Part shown: positions 9,376-18,350 of the stretch, one piece after another
Layout: the number at the start of each line of letters is the position of its first letter
Numbering within the stretch: the stretch's first letter is position 1
Assembly: GCA_016932855.1 (NCBI GenBank)
Contig: JAFGCB010000064.1
Span: 1,767-65,766 of the forward strand
Direction: 5' to 3'
DNA: 64,000 nucleotides
Source of the DNA: Candidatus Omnitrophota bacterium
GTDB lineage: Bacteria > Omnitrophota > Gorgyraeia > Duberdicusellales > Duberdicusellaceae
Program-made: the position numbers and the translations under genes
Notes under the pieces: generated by a model
Told to the model about the DNA's origin: nothing
Database searches by the model: none
Seen by the model: only the letters and a program-made list of their open reading frames with translations

Positions 9376-10362
9376 ATGCAAGAGAAAGGACGCGTAGTTT
9401 ATTGGAACGGAGAATTTATACCCGAGCAAGAAGCCCGAATTTCTATCTACGACTCGGCCTTGATGTTCGGGGATATGATTTTTGAGATGACCCGCTCCTT
9501 TAATAAGAAACACTTCAAGCTACGCCAGCATTTGGAAAGACTCTATACAGGAATTAAGATTTTACGGGTTCCTATATCTATGACCATTGATGAAATGGAA
9601 GAAGCTGTTTACAGAACAGTTGAGGCTAATGAGCCGGTATTTGCCGATGATGATGAGCATAGAGTTATGATTGATGTCTCCAGAGGCCTGCTTTCTCTTT
9701 ACCAAGGTGTTGTGGGAATCCCTCCCGGGCCTAATGTTATTATTGCTGATTTTCCCCTGCGCTGGACAGTAGCCGGCTGCGGACATTTATATGATGAGGG
9801 AATAAAGTTAGTGATTTCATCCCAAAGAGCGATTCCCGCCCATTTAATTGAACCAAAGATTAAGAATAGAAGCCGTCTCTTTTATCTAATGGCAAACATT
9901 GAAGTCTCCAATTACAAAGGTAGCAATAACTGGGCTTTGTTACTTGATCCCGACGGGTTTATCGCTGAAGGCACAGGAAGCAATTTTTTTATGGTAAAAG
10001 ACAATGTTATTTACACTCCCGAGGGCCGTAACATATTACGGGGCATTACCCGGGCGACTGTCATGGATGACTTAGCTCTCAAGCTGGGCATTAGGTGCGT
10101 GGAGAAGAATCTTGAGACTTATGACGTGTATACTGCTGATGAGGTTTTTCTTACTTCAACGCCTTTTTGTATTCTGCCGGCAACATACTTTAATGGAGTG
10201 CCGATAGGTGACGGTAAGCCCGGTGAAATAACCCGACTTCTTTTAAATACCTGGAGCAAAATTGCAGGGCTGGATATCGTTGAGCAGATTAAAGGCTGGG
10301 ATAAGAAAGAACAAACTAAAGACCCCAACGCGCCTTCGCCCTATCAATTTAAAGCTCGCTAA
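9376..10362 (+). CDS. class IV (fold-type IV) PLP aminotransferase, BCAT/D-amino-acid-aminotransferase-like
   Basis: WNGEFIPEQEARISIYDSALMFGDMIFE… start typical of fold-type IV enzymes; ~328 aa. GGAG SD is 7 nt upstream of the ATG at 9376, which overlaps the upstream stop region. Confidence 0.6.
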   Translation: MQEKGRVVYWNGEFIPEQEARISIYDSALMFGDMIFEMTRSFNKKHFKLRQHLERLYTGIKILRVPISMTIDEMEEAVYRTVEANEPVFADDDEHRVMIDVSRGLLSLYQGVVGIPPGPNVIIADFPLRWTVAGCGHLYDEGIKLVISSQRAIPAHLIEPKIKNRSRLFYLMANIEVSNYKGSNNWALLLDPDGFIAEGTGSNFFMVKDNVIYTPEGRNILRGITRATVMDDLALKLGIRCVEKNLETYDVYTADEVFLTSTPFCILPATYFNGVPIGDGKPGEITRLLLNTWSKIAGLDIVEQIKGWDKKEQTKDPNAPSPYQFKAR

Positions 10363-10417
10363 ATTCCTTAGAGACAAGGCAGGGTCGGTTGAATAAAAAA
10401 ATATATGAATTCTAAAA

Positions 10418-11269
10418 ATGAGCAATATTAAGACAGCTGTTAATCGAGTAGGCATTATGCAGGGACGTTTAAGCCCTATGATCGACGGCAGGATACAAGT
10501 ATTTCCGGCTAAGACCTGGAGAGAAGAATTTATTTTGGCCAAAGAATGCGGTTTTGAGCTCATTGAATGGGTTTTTGACGCTGTTCAATGGCAGGATAAC
10601 CCGATTTTATCATCTTCACAGCGTAGGCAGATTATTCAATTACAGAAAGAGTGTAAGGTTTGGGTTCCGGCTGTTTGCTGTGATTACTTCATGGAATATC
10701 CTTTGTCTAGCCCTGTTTTAGAAGAGAGAGAAAAAAGCCTTACGGTATTAAAGGACATAATCCGAATATGCCCTGAGCTGGGGATACAATACGTAGAACT
10801 TCCTTTTTTAGGTAAGGCAGAAATCAAAGAAGAATACGCGCAGACTATCATCGTGGAGTTACTCAGCGGCCTTGTTTCTTTAGCCGAAGAAAATAATGTT
10901 TACATTTTATTGGAGTTAAGCCTTTTGCCTCGCCAGGTTTACGGCCTGCTTAAGAGATTATCCTCACGGCGTATCCAGCTTAATTATGATACCGGTAATA
11001 GTGCTTATTGGGGCTATGACCCTAAAGAGGAATTCTCTCTTTACGGGGGGCGTATAGGAAATATCCACATCAAAGATTGCACCAAAAAAGACTATAGCCT
11101 GCCTTTAGGAGAGGGAGAGGTTGATTTTGATCTTGTATTCTATTTGCTTAAGAAGATAAATTACCGGAAAGATTTTATCTTGCAGACTGCCCGGGGTGAT
11201 GATGACTCAGGTCTTGCAAAGAGGTTCTATGAGTTTACCAGTTCCTATATTAAGGAGTATTTAATATGA
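10418..11269 (+). CDS. sugar phosphate isomerase/epimerase (xylose-isomerase-like TIM barrel), paralog 2
   Basis: ~283 aa. It resembles UlaE/hexulose-6-P isomerase-like TIM barrels (…ELIEW…, …YVELPFL…, …HIKD…). Family-level call only. Confidence 0.45.
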   Translation: MSNIKTAVNRVGIMQGRLSPMIDGRIQVFPAKTWREEFILAKECGFELIEWVFDAVQWQDNPILSSSQRRQIIQLQKECKVWVPAVCCDYFMEYPLSSPVLEEREKSLTVLKDIIRICPELGIQYVELPFLGKAEIKEEYAQTIIVELLSGLVSLAEENNVYILLELSLLPRQVYGLLKRLSSRRIQLNYDTGNSAYWGYDPKEEFSLYGGRIGNIHIKDCTKKDYSLPLGEGEVDFDLVFYLLKKINYRKDFILQTARGDDDSGLAKRFYEFTSSYIKEYLI

Positions 11270-12036
11270 GATTAGGTTTAGAGAAAAAAGTCTTTATAGT
11301 ATCGGGTTCCAGCCGGGGTATAGGCAAGGGGATAGCTAAAATATTGTTAGAAGAAGGAGCCTGTGTTGTGCTTACCGGCAGAGAAGAAAAATCCTTAAAA
11401 GCTACTTTCAGGGAATTTTCTTCTTTGTTTAAAGGCCGTCTTCTAGAGCAGGCCGGCGATTTAAATACAACTTCAACTCTTAAGAAACTTAGACAAAAGG
11501 TCTTAAAAAAATGGGGAAGGATTAACGGCCTTGTCGCCAATGCCGGCGGGGTAAAGCCGGTTAAGGAACTTTTTATCTCTGATTCTGACTTTAAGTGGTA
11601 TTTTCAAGCAAACTTTGAATTGGCCCGCAGGTTTGTAACTTACTTTATTGAAGACATTAAAGAGACAAAAGGAGCGATTGTTTTTATAAGCTCCATAGCA
11701 GGGCTTGAGGATGTCGGCGCCCCGCTTGCATATAGCGCGGCTAAGGCAGCCCTTGGGGTGTATGCCAAAGGTTTATCCCGGAGGCTTGCTTTCGAAGGTA
11801 TCCGGGTAAATACCGTGGCTCCCGGTAACATTTTGTTTGCCGGAGGCAATTGGGATAAAAAACAGAAAGCTAATCCCGAAGCAGTTAAGAAGATGCTTAA
11901 GGAGAAAGTTGCCTTACGATGTTTCGGAAGCCCGGAAGATATCGGAAATATCGTGGCTTTTCTTCTTTCAGAGAGAGCTGGTTTTATAACCGGAAGTTGT
12001 TTTGTAGTCGACGGAGGCCAAACCCTAAAAATGTAG
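11266..12036 (+). CDS. SDR-family oxidoreductase (FabG-like)
   Basis: FIVSGSSRGIGKGIA Rossmann motif; S…YSAAK catalytic triad spacing; ~256 aa; ATGA overlap with the upstream gene. Confidence 0.7.
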   Translation: MRLGLEKKVFIVSGSSRGIGKGIAKILLEEGACVVLTGREEKSLKATFREFSSLFKGRLLEQAGDLNTTSTLKKLRQKVLKKWGRINGLVANAGGVKPVKELFISDSDFKWYFQANFELARRFVTYFIEDIKETKGAIVFISSIAGLEDVGAPLAYSAAKAALGVYAKGLSRRLAFEGIRVNTVAPGNILFAGGNWDKKQKANPEAVKKMLKEKVALRCFGSPEDIGNIVAFLLSERAGFITGSCFVVDGGQTLKM

Positions 12037-12045
12037 AGGTAGATT

Positions 12046-12909
12046 ATGGATATGTCAAAACTATCCCAGCCGGAAAATTCGGTTAAGAAACAATTTGATT
12101 TATCAGGAAAGAATATTTTGATTACGGGAGGCGCTGGTTTCCTCGGCAGATTCTTTTGCGAGGCTGTTAGCGAAATGGGCGGTTTTCCCATTATTTTGGA
12201 TATTGACCGAGAAGCCCTGAAAGAGGCGCGTAAGCATCTTTCAAATCAGAATTTTAAAAGCGACGGCTATCTTCTTGATTTGACCGATGCTTCCGCGGTA
12301 CAAAGGACCGTCGATACTATTATTGAAAAATATAAGACTATTGATGTATTAATCAATGCCGCCGCCTTCGCCATGAAGAACCTTAAACAAGGCGGTCCAG
12401 AATTTTTTGCTTCTTTCGAAGAGTATAAAAAAGATTTATGGCAAATAAGTCTCGATGTTAATCTTACCGGGACCTTTCTTATCACCCAGGCCGTAGGCAG
12501 GATAATGAAGCTTAAAAAAAAGGGAGTGATTATAAATGTGGCATCTGACGTTGCTGTCGTCTCTCCTGACCACAGGATTTACCAGCCTGATGAGCGTTTT
12601 GACTATAAAGGGGTATCTTTCAATACGCCTTTAAGTTATGCCGTGGCTAAAGCGGGGATTCTTTCCTTTACGAGGTACTTAGCTACCTATTGGGCTAAAG
12701 ATGGTATCCGGGTAAATTCCGTTTCATTCTCAGGCGTTTACCGTAATCATGACCCGAAGTTTGTGGAGCAACTTTCTTTTCGTATTCCTTTAGGGCGAAT
12801 GGCTTTTCCTCAGGAATATAAAGGGCCTATTGTATTCTTGGCCTCAGAAGCTTCTTCGTTTATGACTGGGGCTAATTTAGTTATTGATGGAGGTAGGACC
12901 TGCTGGTAG
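12046..12909 (+). CDS. SDR-family oxidoreductase
   Basis: [13 protein letters not shown] glycine motif and YAVAK catalytic YxxxK. Confidence 0.65.
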   Translation: MDMSKLSQPENSVKKQFDLSGKNILITGGAGFLGRFFCEAVSEMGGFPIILDIDREALKEARKHLSNQNFKSDGYLLDLTDASAVQRTVDTIIEKYKTIDVLINAAAFAMKNLKQGGPEFFASFEEYKKDLWQISLDVNLTGTFLITQAVGRIMKLKKKGVIINVASDVAVVSPDHRIYQPDERFDYKGVSFNTPLSYAVAKAGILSFTRYLATYWAKDGIRVNSVSFSGVYRNHDPKFVEQLSFRIPLGRMAFPQEYKGPIVFLASEASSFMTGANLVIDGGRTCW

Positions 12910-12930
12910 GTTTAAAGCCGGCGATACATA

Positions 12931-14319
12931 ATGAAAGTCTTATTGGTAGTTTACGATAATGCTTCCTATATACATACATTCCCTCAAGGCACAGCCTATA
13001 TAGCGGCGGTATTGCAAAAAGAAGGACACCAGGTCAGTATTTATAATCAGGATGTCTATCATTATCCTGACGAGCATTTAACAGGATATTTGAATGAGAA
13101 TAAGTTCGACCTTGTCGGCCTGGGAATAATAGCCGGTTATTACCAGTATAGAAAACTTTTAGCTATTTCCCGGGCAATAAATAAGTCAAAAAACAGGCCC
13201 CTCTATATTTTAGGAGGCCATGGGCCTTCGCCTGAGCCGGAATATTTTTTGAAAAAAACCAGGGCTGATATCGTGGTTATTGGCGAGGGAGAAGAGACGA
13301 TTGTTGAGCTGCTTAGGGCAAAGGTTAAAGGTTCTTCTTTGAAGCCGGTTAAAGGAATCGCTTTTCGCCAGGGTGAGAAAGTAACGGTAAATGAGCGAAG
13401 GCTTCTCATAGCTGATGTAGATTCCTTGCCTTATCCGGCCTATGATTTGTTTCCTATTGAGTATTACCGGCTGATACGGGAGATGCACTCTACAAACAGT
13501 GACTTTGTGATGCCTGTTTTGTCCGGTCGGGGATGCCCTTTTCATTGTAATTTTTGCTACCGAATGGATGAAGGTTTTAGGCCTCGAAAAATAGAAGCGA
13601 TTATCGATGAGATTGAATTACTAAAAAGGAAGTATCTTATTAATTATATCGGTTTTTCCGATGAGCTTTTGATGTCATCGGTTCAGCGTACCGAAGATAT
13701 CTGCCGGGCATTTATTAAAGCTAAGCTTAATATCAAATGGTATTGTAATGGTCGTCTTAACTATGCTAAACCTGGTCTACTTAAGTTGATGAAGCAGGCA
13801 GGTTGCGCTTTCATTAATTACGGGATTGAGGCCGTGGATGACGAAGTGCTTAAGAATATGAGGAAGGTCTTAACAGTAAGGCAAATAACCGAAGGTATTG
13901 AGAATACTCTTAAGGCAAAGATAAGCCCGGGATTTAACATAATCTTCGGCAATATCGGGGACAACAAGAAAACCCTTAAAAGAGGCGTAGAGTTTTTATT
14001 GAAATACGACGACGCGGCTCAGATGCGGACCATTCGGCCGGTAACGCCTTATCCGGGTTCGCCTCTTTATTATTATGCTATTGAAAAAGGCCTCTTAAGA
14101 GACTGCGAGGATTTTTATGAAAACAAACACTTAAACTCTGACTTATTGGCGGTTAATTTCACCGACTTAAGCGATGAAGAATTTCACTGCTCTCTTATGA
14201 GGGCCAATATGCGTCTTCTTAAAAACTATTTTCGGAAAAAGCTTTTAAGTGTTACTTGGCAGTGTGAAGATCTTTATTTAAACCGTAATATTAATTTTAG
14301 GGGTTTTCGAAAAGTATAG
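12931..14319 (+). CDS. cobalamin(B12)-binding radical SAM enzyme (class B), paralog 1
   Basis: N-terminal B12-binding-like Rossmann region (LLVVYDN…LVGLGIIAG…ILGGHGPS). CxxxCxxC radical SAM cluster motif (RGCPFHCNFC) about 200 aa in. Confidence 0.75.
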   Translation: MKVLLVVYDNASYIHTFPQGTAYIAAVLQKEGHQVSIYNQDVYHYPDEHLTGYLNENKFDLVGLGIIAGYYQYRKLLAISRAINKSKNRPLYILGGHGPSPEPEYFLKKTRADIVVIGEGEETIVELLRAKVKGSSLKPVKGIAFRQGEKVTVNERRLLIADVDSLPYPAYDLFPIEYYRLIREMHSTNSDFVMPVLSGRGCPFHCNFCYRMDEGFRPRKIEAIIDEIELLKRKYLINYIGFSDELLMSSVQRTEDICRAFIKAKLNIKWYCNGRLNYAKPGLLKLMKQAGCAFINYGIEAVDDEVLKNMRKVLTVRQITEGIENTLKAKISPGFNIIFGNIGDNKKTLKRGVEFLLKYDDAAQMRTIRPVTPYPGSPLYYYAIEKGLLRDCEDFYENKHLNSDLLAVNFTDLSDEEFHCSLMRANMRLLKNYFRKKLLSVTWQCEDLYLNRNINFRGFRKV

Positions 14320-14348
14320 TAAAAGATGTGTAAAAAAGGAGAGAGGTT

Positions 14349-15362
14349 ATGATTTTAAAAGACAAGGTTATTTTAGTAACTGGGGGTACTGGTTCATTTG
14401 GAAACAAGTTCGCGGAAATAGTATTAAATAGGCATCGTCCTAAGAAGCTTATTATTTTAAGCCGCGATGAGTATAAGCAGCATCGAATGGCCAAGACTTT
14501 TCCCGAGGAGCGGTATCCTATCCGTTATTTTCTGGGAGATATCCGCGACCGCTACCGGCTTTTTCGGGCTTTTGAAGGAGTCGACTATGTTGTTCATGCC
14601 GCGGCTCTAAAGCAGGTGCCGGCTTTAGAGTACAATCCCACCGAAGCGGTAAAGACAAACGTTATCGGCGCGGACAATATTGTTGACGCGGCGATTGATG
14701 CCGGCGTTAAAAAAGTCATTGTTATTTCTACCGATAAGGCGGTAAACCCGGCTAATCTCTATGGAGCGACCAAGCTGGTTGCTGAGAAAATATTCGTCGC
14801 TGCCAATGCTTATGGCGGAGGTTCGGTAAAGTTTTCGGTGGTGCGCTATGGTAATGTTATCGGCTCACGCGGAAGCGTAATACCTTTATATTTGCGCTTA
14901 AAACGCGAGGGTATAAAATTATTCCCCTTGACCAGCAAAGACATGAGCCGTTTCTGGATTACTTTGGACAAAGGAGTAGAGCTAGTGCTTAAAGCAATAG
15001 AAGAATCCGAAGGGGGTGAGATTTTTGTTCCTATGTTGCCCTCGATGCGGATTGTGGATTTGGCAAAAGCAATAGAGCCTTTATGTACGTTTAAGATAAT
15101 CGGCATACGGCCGGGAGAAAAGATTCATGAGACTTTAATATCAGAGACTGAAGCGCGCAAGGCTAAAATATTCGGCGACGCCTATGTTATTTTGCCGCAA
15201 TTTCTTGACTCTGAGAATGTCCGCACAAAATACGAGCAATATCCCTTTGTTCCCGAAGGGTTCAGTTATGAAAGTGATAAGAACCAGTGGTATCTTGAAG
15301 CCGAAGAATTATCAGAGATGTTCAGTCAGCCTCAGGTAGTCCCAGAAGTGGAGAAAGTCTAA
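14349..15362 (+). CDS. pseB: UDP-N-acetylglucosamine 4,6-dehydratase (inverting)
   Basis: ILVTGGTGSFG, YGATKLVAEK and the MSRFWITL motif characteristic of PseB/FlaA1; ~337 aa. Confidence 0.85.
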   Translation: MILKDKVILVTGGTGSFGNKFAEIVLNRHRPKKLIILSRDEYKQHRMAKTFPEERYPIRYFLGDIRDRYRLFRAFEGVDYVVHAAALKQVPALEYNPTEAVKTNVIGADNIVDAAIDAGVKKVIVISTDKAVNPANLYGATKLVAEKIFVAANAYGGGSVKFSVVRYGNVIGSRGSVIPLYLRLKREGIKLFPLTSKDMSRFWITLDKGVELVLKAIEESEGGEIFVPMLPSMRIVDLAKAIEPLCTFKIIGIRPGEKIHETLISETEARKAKIFGDAYVILPQFLDSENVRTKYEQYPFVPEGFSYESDKNQWYLEAEELSEMFSQPQVVPEVEKV

Positions 15363-16513
15363 TGAGGTATATACCTTACGGCCGACAATCTATAGGGCAG
15401 GATGATTTAAGGGAAGTTACAAAGGTTCTAAAATCCGATTGGATTACCCAGGGCCCGAAGATAAAGGAATTTGAAGAAGGGCTTTGCCGATATACGCAAG
15501 CAAAGTATGCAACAGCTGTATCTAGCGGAACCGCAGCCCTGCATATCGCGGCTTTAGCGGCAGGCATAAAACAAGGCGATGAGGTGATTACTTCGCCGAT
15601 AACTTTTGTCGCTTCGGCAAACGCAGCTTTGTATTGCGGGGCAAGGCCGGTCTTTGCCGATATAGAAAAGGCTACGGGCAATATTGATACTGAAAAGATA
15701 AGCCGCAAGATTACTAAGAAGACAAAGGCTATTATCCCGGTCCATTTCGCCGGCCACCCTTGTGATTTGGAGAAGATTAAGGCCATTGCCAAAAAGAATA
15801 ATCTCATTATCATTGAAGACGCTTGTCACGCCTTAGGGGCTGAATATAAGGGTATAAAAATTGGTTCTTGCCGCCATTCGGATATGGCTGTTTTGAGCTT
15901 TCATCCTGTAAAGGCTATCACGACCGGCGAGGGAGGGGCGGTACTTACCAACAGCAAAGATTATTACAAGAAACTTATTATGTTCAGAAACCACGGTCTT
16001 ACCAAGGAGAACCTTGAGGATACCTCTCAGGGAGATTGGTATTACGAGATGCAGTATTTGGGTTACAATTATCGGATAACCGATATTCAGACTTGCCTGG
16101 GCATATCTCAGTTAAAAAAACTGGATTCTTTCATCCGTAAGAGAAGAAAAATAGCCGCATTCTACGACCGGGCTTTTAAAGGTAATGGATATTTTGATAT
16201 TCCGGCAGAGAAAGAGTACGCTTTTTCGGCCTATCACCTCTATCCTATTATCTTGAAAAAGGTTTACGCCTGTAAACGCAAAGAATTTTTTTCGAAAATG
16301 AGAGCTAGAGGCTTTGGTGTCCAGGTGCATTATATCCCCGTCTACTTACAGCCATATTATAAACGCCTGGGATACGCGGCGGGTCTCTGCCCTCTTGCCG
16401 AGTCTTTTTATAATAGGCAGATAAGTATCCCTCTATATCCGTCTATGAGCGGTAAGGATATTAAATATGTAGTAAACACTCTTTTAGGGTTATGCAAGTC
16501 TGTTTTTAAATAA
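15362..16513 (+). CDS. pseC: UDP-4-amino-4,6-dideoxy-N-acetyl-beta-L-altrosamine transaminase
   Basis: Classic PseC N-terminus (IPYGRQSIGQDDL…VLKSDWITQGPK) and a DegT-fold body; TAATG 1-nt overlap with pseB. Confidence 0.85.
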   Translation: MRYIPYGRQSIGQDDLREVTKVLKSDWITQGPKIKEFEEGLCRYTQAKYATAVSSGTAALHIAALAAGIKQGDEVITSPITFVASANAALYCGARPVFADIEKATGNIDTEKISRKITKKTKAIIPVHFAGHPCDLEKIKAIAKKNNLIIIEDACHALGAEYKGIKIGSCRHSDMAVLSFHPVKAITTGEGGAVLTNSKDYYKKLIMFRNHGLTKENLEDTSQGDWYYEMQYLGYNYRITDIQTCLGISQLKKLDSFIRKRRKIAAFYDRAFKGNGYFDIPAEKEYAFSAYHLYPIILKKVYACKRKEFFSKMRARGFGVQVHYIPVYLQPYYKRLGYAAGLCPLAESFYNRQISIPLYPSMSGKDIKYVVNTLLGLCKSVFK

Positions 16514-16577
16514 AGGAAATTACGCAGACTGCACCGCTTGTAAAACTTAAGGAAATAAAAGCAGCAAGTAGAAGAGT

Positions 16578-17330
16578 ATGAATAAAAATAGCAATAAAAA
16601 AATCGTCTCCACGATAGAGGCTCGCTTTGCTTCAACAAGGCTTGCTGGCAAGACGCTTCTTGAGATTTGCGGTAAGCCTACCCTTGAACTTCTTATTGAA
16701 AGGCTTAGACGAAGCCGGTTTATAGACGAAATCGTAGTTGCGACAACAGTTAGTTCTGATTGCGACAGAATTGAATCTTTAGCCAAAAGGCTTAAAGTCG
16801 GGTGTTTCCGGGGCAGTGAAGAAGATGTTTTAGACCGCGTTCTTAAGGCTGCTAAGGCTTATAAAGCTGATATTATCGTGGAGATTACCGGCGATGAAAC
16901 CCTTATTGACCCGGTTATTGTGGATGAGACGATTGAGTCCTATCTTAAAAATGATTTTGACTATGTAAGTAACGTCTTAGACAGAAGATATCCCCGGGGT
17001 CTGGATACGCAAGTTTTCTCCGTAAGCGTCTTGGATGAAGTTTCCCGCTTGACAAATGCGCCGGCTGACAGAGAAAACGTCTCCCTCTATATTTACGAAC
17101 ATCCCCAGCATTATCGGTTAGGAAGCGTTAGGGCTCCGGAAGAATTAAATCACCCTGATTGGCGATGGACCTTGGATACTAAAGAAGACTTCGCGTTTCT
17201 TAAGACCGTTTACCAAGCTTTGTATCCTAAGAAAAAGGATTTTAGTTCTTACGACGTGCTAGCATTTCTTAAGCAGAAGCCCTGGGTTTTAGAGATTAAT
17301 AGCAAGATACAACAGAAGCCGGTTTATTAG
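16578..17330 (+). CDS. pseF: pseudaminic acid cytidylyltransferase-like (CTP_transf_3 family)
   Basis: STIEARFASTRLAGK N-terminal motif; ~250 aa; sits between pseC and pseG/I. Confidence 0.7.
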   Translation: MNKNSNKKIVSTIEARFASTRLAGKTLLEICGKPTLELLIERLRRSRFIDEIVVATTVSSDCDRIESLAKRLKVGCFRGSEEDVLDRVLKAAKAYKADIIVEITGDETLIDPVIVDETIESYLKNDFDYVSNVLDRRYPRGLDTQVFSVSVLDEVSRLTNAPADRENVSLYIYEHPQHYRLGSVRAPEELNHPDWRWTLDTKEDFAFLKTVYQALYPKKKDFSSYDVLAFLKQKPWVLEINSKIQQKPVY

Positions 17331-17332
17331 AT

Positions 17333-18334
17333 ATGAAGAAATACAAAGCCGCTGTTATTGGGTGCGGAAGAATCGGATTTAGGTTTGATAAAGACCCCCG
17401 GCGTAAATATATCGCTACCCATACCGGGGCGTATCATTCGGTAAAGGAGACTGATCTTGTGGCAGTCTGTGATAGTAATATTCAAAGGCTAAAAGAGTGC
17501 TGCGCTGTATTTAGGGATGCCCGTCCCTACCGCGACATTAATAAGATGTTGCAAAAGGAAAACCTTGATATTGTCAGTATCTGCACCCCGCCTCAGACGC
17601 ACTATACTGTTTTTAAGAGGGTGCTTGAGTTTGACCTTAAGGCTGTTTTTTGCGAGAAGCCTTTGGCTGGCAATATTTCTGAAGCCTTAAAGATGTTTCG
17701 TCTTTCTCGTAAAAAGAAAGTTATTTTACAGGTAGACCACCAGAGACGCTTTGATCCCCTTCATGCGCGGATACGTTCCTTTATTAAAACGCGCAGATTA
17801 GGGGGAGTCCAGCAGGTAAACGCCTATTACACGGCGGGTATATATAATACAGGTTCGCACCTCTTTGATTTACTTAGGTTTTTATTTGGCGATGTTTCCT
17901 GGGTTGAAGGGTTTCCAAGCAGAAATTCTTCCCATAAGAGGAAAGATCCTAATATAGACGGCATAATAAGATTTAAGAATGGTATTTTTGCGACCTTTCA
18001 GGCCTGTGACGCCCGGCGTTATCTTGTCTTTGAGGTCAACTGTTTCCTGGAGAACGGGCGAGTAGTTCTTAAGAATAGCGGATTTGAACTTGACACTTAT
18101 ATAGCGGGTAAAAGTAAATATTTCTCCGGATATAAAGAGCTGATTAAAACCAAGCCTTTTTGCAGGACAGACTATCGACGGGCCTTTATGGTGGGTGCGG
18201 TAAAGCATATTGTGGAATGCTTAAAAAAGAATAAGAAATCCGTCTCTTCAGGCCAAGACGGTTACCGGGCATTGCAAATCATTGAGGCTGCGGTATATTC
18301 AGCCAGACATAACGGTAGAAGAATAGGCCTATAG
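17333..18334 (+). CDS. Gfo/Idh/MocA-family NAD(P)-dependent oxidoreductase
   Basis: AAVIGCGRIG Rossmann start; ICTPPQTH and EKPLA motifs typical of the family; ~333 aa. Confidence 0.7.
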   Translation: MKKYKAAVIGCGRIGFRFDKDPRRKYIATHTGAYHSVKETDLVAVCDSNIQRLKECCAVFRDARPYRDINKMLQKENLDIVSICTPPQTHYTVFKRVLEFDLKAVFCEKPLAGNISEALKMFRLSRKKKVILQVDHQRRFDPLHARIRSFIKTRRLGGVQQVNAYYTAGIYNTGSHLFDLLRFLFGDVSWVEGFPSRNSSHKRKDPNIDGIIRFKNGIFATFQACDARRYLVFEVNCFLENGRVVLKNSGFELDTYIAGKSKYFSGYKELIKTKPFCRTDYRRAFMVGAVKHIVECLKKNKKSVSSGQDGYRALQIIEAAVYSARHNGRRIGL

Positions 18335-18350
18335 GCTTAAGGAGGATTAC

